Shown: piece by piece, positions 27,873 to 39,080 of the stretch
Numbering within the stretch: the first letter of the stretch is position 1
How the letters are laid out: each line of letters starts with the position of its first letter
From: Dimorphilus gyrociliatus
Lineage: Eukaryota; Animalia; Annelida
Length of the DNA stretch: 64,000 nucleotides
Assembly (NCBI GenBank): GCA_904063045.1
Contig: CAJFCJ010000025.1
Location: 992,001-1,056,000 of the forward strand
Direction: 5' to 3'
Translations under genes and position numbers: made by a program
Notes under the pieces: model-generated
Database searches by the model: none
What the model saw: only the letters and a program-made list of their open reading frames with translations
What the model was told of the DNA's origin: nothing

Positions 27873-30800
27873 ATGACTGAAGACAATTCATCTTGGAAGA
27901 AACTCTTCTTTGAATTTTCCCAAGATACAACCTTTCACGGCGTAAAATACATCACAAAGCCAACTAAGTTTGAATTTCGGAGGTAAGTTCCTGAAAATCT
28001 TTCTTAAAAATATTTTATCTCTACCTTAGTAGCTAAACAGATAACGAACAGTGTGATATACTTGTTCAATTCTGCACGATATACAGTATATTGAGTACTT
28101 GAAGATTTCTCTTCCATATTGGTTGTATTGTATTATTCTATTCAATAAATACAATTCATAATTTGGTTATCTTGAACATTTTCCAAGAAAATTCAATACT
28201 TAAAACGTATTGTTTTGACAGTTTAATAACGTCCAACTCATACGACAACACAATGTAATTTATTTTAATAGTTAAAAACTAATAACATAGTCAACTTTAA
28301 ATTTGTATTGACATTATTCGCCATTAATAATTGATAACCGCCTTAAATTTACTATATATACTGTATATAAACATTGTAATACACATCTATATCTATATAT
28401 TTACCTATATATATATATATATATATAATATACAAGTCATTCTGAATTATTTAATAATAATCTTTTAAATCAGGCTAATTTGGATATTAATAATTCTCTC
28501 CGCCTCGGCATTCTTCACTTATATTCTAATTGTTAGATTTTTGGACTATTTTAGCTATCCAAAAGCTGTTGATGTTGAAGTTATTTATACAAAACAATTA
28601 GATTATCCACTTATTACGTTTTGCAATCAAAATGTCTACAAAGCAACTGCAACTGTAAAACGTGGTGTTTTCGATACTTTTGAAAGACATTTTAATAGAA
28701 AGGCAACTAAAAGAGGTAAAAGGAAATATACTGCATTTCTCATAATAAGATATTTATTCATCCACATAGACACAGCATGCACAGATGATTTTAGATTAAT
28801 CCTCAATCGAATTCTTCTTCATCCTTCTAATAATTTTAAATCGGAAACTCATGTAAATGTAACGCTTGGTGTTTGCAAATATACTTGCATCAATTTGGCT
28901 CTAATTGATTGTAATTCATTTCTGTACATTCAGTCAAATTTGACATGTTTATTACTTCAAGCTAGCCATCAAACGCCAAATATTACGTTTCAAGAATCTC
29001 AAGGCGTTGATTACTATTCAAGGTCAAGATGCGACAGTTAGTTTACAATTATTACTTCTTTAACCTTTAACGCTTATTACTTTTCACTTACGCGTCGCTT
29101 ACTCCTGTGAAATTGGCTCATTTTAGGCAAGGAGAGTTTTTGCTCTTTCGATTTAGACTTTTGCAACTTTTATCAAGTGAAAAGTGATGATATCGACTGG
29201 CAGAGAAGAAAACTTGGCAGTATTCAAACTCTTTCGGGACCGGACAAAGATCATACAACTGGATCCGGATACTTTATTTATTTGGAAGGGGGGAAAGAAC
29301 AACTGGGACGTTTAATTTCGTCTTGGTATTCGACCAAAAATTGGAAGAAAACGTGCATTACTTTCTATTATTTCATGTATGGATCGTCAGTAAATAAATT
29401 ACAGTTTTATGTTGTTGACCCTGACAACTATAGTTATAAACTTTGGGAAAAAATTGGTTGTCAAGGAAACAGATGGTCTGTAAAATAAATAACTATGCAT
29501 ATTTGATCTAATAACCCAAGATTAAGCCTACCTAATAGATTTAAATACTTTTTTTTAGGTTTAAGGCAACGATTGTCCTAGATCTAGAGCTTTTTCACTT
29601 GAGATTCGATGGACTTTTGGGAAGGGGACAGCGTCATATTATTGCTATCGATGATATCTCTGTATCAAGCTGTCAAAAACGTATGACGGCAAATTATTTT
29701 CAAGTCTTCTATAAGACGAAACTGTTAATCTTTCATCTAAAAAAATATCTGTTTACCCAATTCAGAGTCGAGAGATTGTAGAAATGATAAAACGGGAGAT
29801 TTATACAGAGGAAATCAATCATTTAGTATAAATAATAGACGTTGTTTATACTGGAATGATGTTCATTCTGTCGAGTTGTTGTTCTTTGAGGACGAAACAA
29901 TTCGGCAGACTAAAAACTTTTGTAGGAATCCTGGAGGTAGAAAATCCGAACCTTGGTGTTTCGTACAACGAAACCCTCTTCTTTGGGAATATTGTAATAT
30001 TCCTTTATGCGGTTCGTAAGAAAATGATCATTTTTCCAGTTCGGTAATCGTCTCTTGTATTCTTTTTCGTAGAAAGCATCGATTCAACAAATAAGACGAT
30101 TTCAAAAGTCGGCGCTAAAAAGGGCGCTGACTACGGTAGGTTTTATTCATTGTTCATGATTTATCGAAGAGAAATTCAGATATTTCAAAGATAAAAAGTG
30201 TTTTTATAATAATTTTATAGAAGTATCGATCAGCTGCGCATTTGAAAATTCATTTATTTGCGGTTACACGATTGCTTCCGATTCTGAATCTTTCATCTTT
30301 AAATTGGAAAATGGACGATATCTACAACTGCATTTTGGCCCTGGAATGGATAGTACTTACTATAGTCCTCTCAAAGGTTCCTCTTTTCCTTTTCTCTTTG
30401 TCAATCGATCATCAATTCCGTCTCTCCCTCTCTTTCTTGTCGTTTAGGGAATTATCTCTACGTTGACAGTCAACTGGCCGTTGAAAATTCCAAATCGTGG
30501 ATTACTTCTCCTCAAATTTTCCTTCGTCAATTATCGTGTTTGTCGTTCGTTTGTTCTAAGAAAGGACTAAACTCCCTCGACGTGTATCTTCTTAAAGAGG
30601 GAAATCTTCGAATTCCCCTCTACGAAGTTGACGAGTCGACTGTTGGTTGGAGTGAAAAGACTGTTGCAATTCGTTATTGGCCAAAAATTTCATTCGGGTT
30701 GACGAGCATAGTCTTTGAAGCTGTTCACAAATTTGGATACGACAACTCTTTGGCAATTGATGATGTGAAATTCAACGAAGGTTACTGTTCAATTGCAGGT

Positions 30801-33800
30801 AAGTCTGTTTTATTAAACTGCAATAATTTACTCTACTGATTGTCACGACGGTTGTTTCCAGAATGCGAAAGTGGGAAATATCAATGCCAAAATGGAAAAT
30901 GCATTAGCAATGAGCAAATATGCGATGGAATAAACGATTGTTTCGATAATAGCGACGAAGAGATTCCGTGTTGTAAATAGATTTCTTTACTCTATTAATG
31001 ATAGGTTTCTTGAAAAGACTCTAATGAGGAAACTCTCTTTCTCGACAGCATCGTTTGATTGTAACTTTGATGGTAAAACCTTATGTGGTTATATAATAGA
31101 AAATACAGTTAGTTATTACAAATGGGAAAAGAAGATTGTATCCTCTTTGAACAGTCAGTTAAAGATTTCTTCATATTTTATAATTAGTTTTTTGTTTTAT
31201 CTTTGCCCCTGAGCCTTCATTCGTAAATATTTTACATATTATGAATCGTCCCAAAGGGATATTTTAAATTACAATTTAATGAATTATTTCTACTGTAATA
31301 GTACTAGCTAAATTGATATTTGAAAACACAAGATTTCTCTCAGAATATAAATAATGTCTCTTCTCTCTTTCAGTAACAATGCTTGAAGTGTTTAGCTATG
31401 GACCTCTTGTTACAGCCTCAGCTTTTTTAAGATCACCATTTTTGCTAACTTCAAATCGGACGTGTGCTCGTTTTTCAGCAATTTTTAGTCGTACGCATTC
31501 GGCAACTTTAAATATTTATGTCAATTATAAAACAATGCCGACAAAGCTTGTTACTACAATTACGACAGTTGGAAATAATGAAATATCTCTACAGACTATT
31601 CCCTTACCTCCCAATGTAGTAATTTCGCTAGTTTTTGAATCTCGAATGGATACTTTTGGACACAAATTATTAATCGGAAATATATCTCTTGATCGCCATT
31701 GTGCTAATTTTGAAACTGCAATTGGTTTAAACTGTACCTTTGAATCAAATATACTATGTGGTTACATTGTTGAATACCAAAAACACGGATATTCTTGGTA
31801 CAGATCCCAAACGAGTCTAGCGAGCAGTAGTGGGCCAAAAAAGGATAACACTCTAAAAAATAACCGTCTGTTCTTAAGCATACAAAATTATGTCAGCTAT
31901 TATTAACATTGAACTTTGTTTTACAGACGGCTTTTTTATGCTCACTAAAGGTATTGTTGGTGTAGAAGGAGATGTTGCTAAAATGACAACACCTGCTTTC
32001 AGCATAACAATGCCAAAAGTATGCTTCTCTTACTATTATCACATGTATGGCAGCATGGTCGGAAAACTTCAAGTGTTTCTGCAGTACAATGGCTTGTTTA
32101 TTACTATTATAGGCATATCTATTTACTAAGACACATTTTCTTCTATATTATAGATAGTATAAACAATATAATATACCAGCACGCGTTAAATCATGGAAAC
32201 AGATGGATTCTTAATGAAATACTGATTAAAAAATCTCAAAATACATCTCTTAGAATAGTCTTTCAAAGTATTCGCGGTTTTGATAGAAGTAATCTTTTAG
32301 GTTTAGATGATATAAGGCTCTACAATGGTTTCTGCGAAACACTTAGAGGTTATCATTAATCTCAACAAAAAATTATACAACACTAAATCAATATACCATG
32401 GCTTTTTTTCACAGATAAATGTATTAATTCAAGTTTTCAATGCAAAAACGGAAAATGTATTGACAAGAGTCTGGTTTGCAACGGAGAAAGCGAATGTTTC
32501 GACGGAAGTGACGAAAGCAATTGTTCCGATTGCCTACACGACATTCAAGGCAGATTCTACACAGGAAAACTTTCAACAACCGAATCTGGAAAGAGATGCA
32601 TGAGTTGGAAAGAGGCTGTTGGCGAAACGCAAACCACCATCTCAGTAGAGACGGGAGAGACGAGTTTGACAGAAATGACAAACTATTGCAGAAACGTTAA
32701 CGGAAAGAAATCTCCGTGGTGTTACGTATCAAAAGAAAGATGGGAATTCTGCAGCATTTCCAATTGCGGTACAAAGATTAATATTCCAATTCAAAAAATA
32801 TCTCTTTCGCTTGAAACGAAAGAAACAATAAACTGTAAATATTTGCAGAATGCCGAGAAAATCAATACAGATGCAACAATTCGGCTTGTATTTCTTCAAA
32901 ACAAAGATGCAATGGAATATCGGAATGTCCTCATAAAGACGACGAAGAATCGTGCAGTAAGAATTCACAAGAACGTTCTTTCTAAGTTTAAAATCATAAT
33001 TCCACTTAGATTCAACGATATCATGCGACTTTGACGATCCTTTTATGTGTGGATATTCAATAATACCATCCGATAATGGTTATAGATGGTTTAGATTTAA
33101 TTTTAAAACGCCATCGGTAAACACGGGACCACACGCCGATCACACAACAATCCATAAAACAGAAAGAGGTTAACAACTAATCATATTTAAAGCTGTATCA
33201 CTACATAAGAATTCTCTTTTCAAGGTTTTTACATGTACGTCGAATCAACGCAGGAAGGAACATTTTTGAAAGGAGGGGATGAAACATATCTACTAAGTCC
33301 TCTCTCTCATATTTACGGAAATTTTTGTCTCAAATTCTTTCATCATTTAAAAGGCAGAGATATAAATATATTGAGAGTATACAGAAAGATTGGAGACATA
33401 TATTCTCCATTAGGAAAACTAGAAGGTCAATCACAGAAATATATTTGGAAATCATCGGAATATACAGTCAATAAAATCACTCATCAGATAGTATTTCATT
33501 ATATTAGAGGAGTTGATTTCAGAAATGACCCTGGTATTGATGATGTTCTCCTATATCCTGGAAATTGTAAAAGTAACCAACATTAACATTCATAACATTC
33601 TCTTTATTTCATACTGATTTTAATGCCAAAACATTCCGTTCAGCTCATCGAACTTGTTCACATTTTGAATTTACTTGTTCCAATGGCCACTGCATCAACA
33701 ACACTTACACTTGCGATGGATACGACAACTGTGGCGACTTTTCAGATGAACTAGTCTGCGGTATAACACCTCCTTCATTCCTATTATTCATTTAATCTAT

Positions 33801-36800
33801 TCCATTTCTTTCCTCTCCTCTTCCTATAGAAACGGAATGCAAGAGATCTTTGCAAGAACAATGGTATATAGGGACGAGAAATGTTTCGCAAACTGGCAAA
33901 AAGTGTCTCTACTGGAGGAACATGTCAAACTCTTTCAAGATTCCCTATCGTTTCCCGGATGAAAGTCTGCAAAGTGCGGAGAATTATTGCAGAAATCCAA
34001 CGAATAGAACGTTTGGTCCTTGGTGTTACGTTGATAAAGAGAGTGAAATGTGGGAATACTGCAATATCCCTAAATGTTCAGGTTTGTAGAATCAATAAGT
34101 TGAATAATAAAGAAAGTAAAAGAAAGTTGCAATCAGTTTTCCAAAGTTGTCAGTCGAACGAATTTCAATGCGCGAATGGAATGTGCATTGATAAAAAACA
34201 CTTGTGCGACGGAGTAAACGACTGCAACGATAGATCGGATGAAATGGAGATTTGTGGATCGGCGTACAACATCTCGTGTGATTTCAGTGATCGTTATATG
34301 TGTGGCTACACAGACGATAGTCCTAATTGGAACTACAGATTTCAAAGGAAAGGTTCTTTTGATGGTTCAGTGCAATCAGTAATTCGGCTTTTAACTACAA
34401 AATGGGATGAGTGTTTTCATGAGGATACGGCTGGAATTGATTATGAAGGAAATGTTCAGATTCGAAGTGATGGAATCACTTGTCAGAAATGGAATGTGCA
34501 ATTTCCTACTGCGCACGCTTTTTATATGAATGAGTTTTTCCCTGAAAAAAGTGTAGCCAAAGCTGAAAATTATTGCAGGTAATAAATTGTTTTCTCATGC
34601 AATGAAAGTGTAAAAATGTCTTTTCTTCTCAGAAATCCAGCTGTCTATGTTCCTGGAAAGAAGTATTCTCTTGCTCCACATTGCTTGTCGTCCGATCCAG
34701 AGATTTCCTATTATAGATATTGCTCTATTCCATTATGCAAAAGTAGTTTAAATGTTTTCACAGAATTTCTGATCTGTTTACAAAATTCATGCAATTAGAT
34801 ACATTTATAAAGACAAAACCATCGACTGAACAAGGCCAAATAGCCAAATTCAACAGTCCTAAAAGTCAAGGCTTTGGAGACTCATGTATCCAATTCGCTT
34901 ACATGTTGATTGGAGATGACGCCGGATCTCTAAAATTAATGTGCAGCTAATTTTTGTATCCTTATCTTCCCTATTTTTTTCAGAGTTAAATCTGTTTTTT
35001 GAATTGTTAAACAGGTTGAATACTAACAGCACCACTCGTTTGTTGTGGTTTACGGAGGGTAAGAAGGCGTCAACTTGGATTGAGGCGTCTGTTGATTTCA
35101 CATCGAATGACGAATTCTATTTGACTTTCCAAAGCGAATCTGGATTGAAAAGTCCAGGCGTCGCGTTGAAATACGTGAACATCAGACGAGGTTTCTGCCA
35201 TATTCAAAGTAATCATCATTGAATGATTTTGCCAAAGAGCACAATTAATTCTATAATGAAAATATTGTTTGCAGACGATTGCGTAGGAAAATTTTCATGC
35301 AAAGCTGATTCGAAATGTATAGAATCATCAAAAGTTTGCGACCATCTTGTTGATTGTATTGACGAATCTGATGAAGTTTCGTGTAGTAAGTTTCCGTCCA
35401 CTTTATCTTCAAGCTTGAGAATTTGACTTTTTATTTGCGAATTTTCTATTCAGAATGTTTGGATGACGAATACAAATGTAGGAATGGAAAATGTGTCAGT
35501 CGTAATAAATTACTCGATGGCATAAATGATTGTTATGATAACTCGGATGAAGATCATTCAAACCTCGATAGTCTAATTAGGGAAAAGAAAAATTGGAAGA
35601 ATATAAAAATGTTTGAAAAGAACAGCAATTTTCTAATTAATCGAACCATGTTTGCGGAAAAGGATTGGGAACCAAAGATAAATGGAGCTCACTTTGTCAG
35701 ATTTCTCACTGAAATGAGTCATCAAAGATCTGACTTAATATCAGAGTTTGTTATAATTTTTTCTATTGTTTGTCCTTTTCATTAGAGTTGCGTTTTGTTT
35801 TTGCAGTTGCGATTGGAGAGGAAGCCCGTGCAAGTACCAAAATGTTAAAATATTAGATAGATTTACGGATCATGGTCAATGCTTTTCGTTCAGTCGGAAA
35901 GGAGATAATGATACTCTTCTCGTTACAGAATCAGGTTGACTTTGGTCCCTTCAAAATTTTCTTTCAAGATCTTTTTTGGTCGATTGTTTTAGAATTAAAT
36001 TTTAACTGAGTTGTGTTTCAGGTGCTCAAGCCGGACTGAGATTAACTTTGAATATCGAATCGTACGAATACATGATTGGTCCTCACACCAATAAAGGAAT
36101 TAAAGTATTGTCGTCCAAATCTTCTGTTATTCTTCCGATGTATCTACGTTTCCTGTTTCTTTTCAGGTTTACTTGCACGATGCAAATGAAACACCGAGAA
36201 TAAATCATTTAGGATTCTCGTTAGCTCCTGGCTTTCACCATTCTATTGCCATAAAGAATACGAAGGTTTCACATAGTTTTATCTGTCTAATGCCACGTAT
36301 GATAACGTTGCTTGTTTGTTTCGCTACAGGTTTATAATCTGGAAAAGCCATGGGGAAATTGTGGTCGAAGTGAATTAACACATTTTGCAGACTACACTGC
36401 GAATAAATGTAATCTGGACTGTACGATTAAGGATATCTATAACAAATGTGGATGTCTGGCTCCGTATATGAATACTAAATTAAGTGAGTTGTTTTTGCTG
36501 TATTTTATTAATTAATTTAGCTATTTGTGAATGATATTTCTGATAAAAAGATAGGACTTATTGTGGATTCTATGATTATTTTAATTGCATTATTAAGGAA
36601 GGTAATAAATTTTTACAATTTTTTATCTTTACTAATTTTAATATGTTAACGTGTTTTGCTTAGAGGAAAATAGTCAAATTTCATTAAATAATTCCTGTAA
36701 ATGTCAACAAGCTTGCTTCCAGAACGTTTACGAAGTTTGTTATTATTTCATAATTCGTCCTAGTTTGAGAATAAGCATTTTTATTGTTGAACTCTTTTAG

Positions 36801-38542
36801 CCGGTTATATCATCATCGGCTCTTTCGGATCTCAGTGTCGAGAGAATCTTACAATTTGAAAATGAATCTTTACAGATAGAGTATGAGAATGCCGTGGATG
36901 TTAAAGCTAGATCAAGAATTACGGATTATTCAAATGAAATTACCATATTTTTTACGTTATACAACACTTTAGATAGCGTTCAAGAATTTTTTTTCAATAA
37001 TATTGCTATAAGTGGAATTGGCGGAATATCTAACAAGATTGAAAGTGCAACAATTTTCTATATGAACAAAACAAACGAAGATTTAGGAATAATGAAAAAT
37101 TATCTTCGTACATCTATCCAGAATTTTGAAGACAAACTTTTGAAAAAACACCAAAAGTTTGAAGCCAGCTTCAAGAATGTGGAAGATAAAATTGCGTTTT
37201 TCCGACACACCGAATATTCTCAACTATTCAATAAAACCATTTTAGAAAATGTAATGGAAAATTTAATACAGAATTTGAGTTCTTTGATTTCCAATGAAAG
37301 CTTTAACGCTATTAAGTTAAATGTTCGCATCTTATCAAATTGTTTGAGAGAAACTGAAAATATACAAATGCATTTAGTGAATTTAGCAACAAAGTTATCG
37401 GATATGCAGCTATACAGTTCTACATTTCAAAATTTATCAATTTCAGTAAGAAAGTATTTAGGATGCTTTCAAAATATTCAAAAAACCATCATAGCTGCTA
37501 AAAGATCCATCGAAATGTTTGACGAAGAATTCGAGACATTTTCTAGTGAGAGACAAGATATGTTCAGCTTTCTACAGAATTCCAACTACGATCTTGTTAT
37601 TAATAAAGAGAAAGCGATGTTTGCAGAAATTATTCGTTTATATCTTTCCGGTCAAAGCATCATTAAACTCTCTCGAAAATATCCAACAGATTTATTTGAA
37701 AAATCAAAGTTAAACGTGAATTTCTTAATTTCTCTCTTCAGAACAAAATTCACTGAAGTATATAAAATGTCAATAATACGTTTAAACAATGAAATTGTTA
37801 AACGATACTCTAAAACTATAGAAATCGCTAAGACCCTGAAAGATATTTTAGGAGAAGATAAGATTAGAGAAATAATAAATTCCTTTTCAATTTGGAAGAG
37901 ATATTCATTATCTCTATTAAATAAAAAGGTCACTTTTACCAGGACCAGAGATAACACTCCTATTCAAACCGAAGATTTTAAAGTTATTGGTGAGGTGATA
38001 AAAGATAATGTAGGCCTATATTTAACGCCTATTACGAATAGTCTGAACCATTTTCAAGAGTTGGTAGACGGCTATATAGTGAGGTTGAAAATGTCGTTGG
38101 ACGACGTTCTGGACATGTTTCACAGATATAAAAAAAAGGCCGAGTTGGGTTCGGATTTCGTTAAGGAAAATTTCCTCATCGTCGACGTTTTCTTTGGCGA
38201 ATTAAGCTATTCGAAAATCACGCAGAGAAGGGCATTTAACATCGAAGAACTCTTAGGTAATCTCTCTTTATATTATCACTTATACTGATAACTCTCTCTT
38301 CATTTCACTTCCATGTTTCAGGCAACGTTGGAGGTTTTATGGGTCTTTTATTAGGAGCCAGCGTTTTAACCGTCTTTGAGCTATTGGATTTGTTAATATA
38401 TAACATTTTGCTAAAACTTTCCAATGGTAGTCATACAGTAAAGAGTGATGGTGTTGTTTTGGAAAATGAACTAGTTAAAAATAATCTAGTTCAAATGAAG
38501 GAATTGGAAAATTTCACAACAAGCTCTATAAAGTATGCATAA
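27873..38542 (+). CDS. Giant DEG/ENaC (ASIC-like) subunit, copy 1, with PAN/MAM/kringle/LDLa ectodomain cassette; 34 exons, about 2621 aa
   Basis: Exons: 27873-27982, 28474-28715, 28770-29036, 29127-29475, 29559-29680, 29766-30011, 30073-30135, 30221-30376, 30448-30798, 30862-30972, 31049-31153, 31374-31865, 31927-32091, 32154-32348, 32415-32768, 32849-32956, 33010-33168, 33225-33572, 33644-33760, 33830-34081, 34137-34578, 34633-34742, 34799-34940, 35015-35208, 35275-35385, 35454-35745, 35807-35934, 36022-36104, 36167-36265, 36330-36483, 36551-36601, 36664-36734, 36801-38256, 38322-38542 (7866 nt, open frame). Core motifs: [12 protein letters not shown] (HG), TM1, [55 protein letters not shown], 10-Cys thumb, [23 protein letters not shown] (TM2). 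Confidence 0.9.
28770..29036 (+). other. PAN/Apple domain exon of channel copy 1 (equivalents at 42074-42340 and 53302-53568)
   Basis: [35 protein letters not shown] matches the 6-Cys PAN_1 pattern (C..F, CxxxC, C.SF.Y, C.L, DYY..C). Confidence 0.75.
29127..35560 (+). other. MAM/kringle/LDLa array of channel copy 1: MAM1-KR1-MAM2-LDLa1-MAM3-MAM4-LDLa2-KR2-LDLa3-MAM5-LDLa4-KR3-LDLa5-MAM6(KR4 nested)-LDLa6-LDLa7
   Basis: MAM: [52 protein letters not shown]. Kringle: [26 protein letters not shown]. LDLa: C..FQC.NG.CI....CDG.NDC.D.SDE. MAM3 is degenerate. Confidence 0.85.
29780..31092 (+). repeat. Near-identical duplicated tract, copy 1 = copy 2 (43039-44351)
   Basis: Exons and introns read as identical at a constant offset of 13259 (e.g. 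the ORFs at 29856/43115, 30242/43501 and 30540/43799 are identical). Confidence 0.9.
32454..36332 (+). repeat. Near-identical duplicated tract, copy 1 = copy 2 (about 45667-49545)
   Basis: Constant offset 13213 with only scattered single-base differences, introns included. Confidence 0.9.
37800..38409 (+). repeat. Near-identical duplicated tract, copy 1 = copy 2 (about 50995-51604)
   Basis: Identical from aaacgatactctaaaac through the last intron into TM2. Confidence 0.85.
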
Positions 38543-39021
38543 TAAAAGATAATAGCCTCCGTGACCTAAATAAATGTATTTAGACAAGAATTGTTATATA
38601 GAATATGACAAGATGTTTATACATATACCATTACTTCAAATGATTGAAGATCAATCGACTGGCGTTAGGTTCAAACAAATGTACATTTCGTATTTTATCA
38701 ATTATCACTTTTATTGGAATATCGAATCATTCTTATTTTTTGTCGTATTTAAATGTTTACTTTTACTAGTGTTTCTCTTTAAAAAGAAGAGAGCCATTCT
38801 TCCATTTAAGTGATAAAACTTCTTAAAACGTTGGAAAACATATCTCTATTTAAACTGAAAAGCTAATTATAATCTTTTATGTCCATAGACAATATACGTT
38901 CCTTATTTTCTTTCAATAAAGTAGATTCTTACATAACTGTTTAGCTAATATTTTATTACTGTATTTAACATACGACACGATTATAGATTGTGGGAAGAGG
39001 GTTTTGTATAGTTAAATGGTT

Positions 39022-39024
<3 letters not shown>

Positions 39025-39079
<55 letters not shown>

Positions 39080-39080
39080 A
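39025..39080. repeat. (AT)n(AG)n compound microsatellite between copies 1 and 2 (a similar one at about 40394-40454)
   Basis: catatat...atagagag tract. Confidence 0.95.

Noticed and set aside
28474-35745. Reading the MAM/LDLa/kringle exons as a separate MALRD1-like or plasminogen-like gene between two channel fragments
   Set aside because: There is no signal peptide, start or stop of its own. Exon phases run continuously from TM1 into the cassette and on into the palm, and exon 26 holds both an LDLa and channel-core sequence. The same layout occurs in all three copies.
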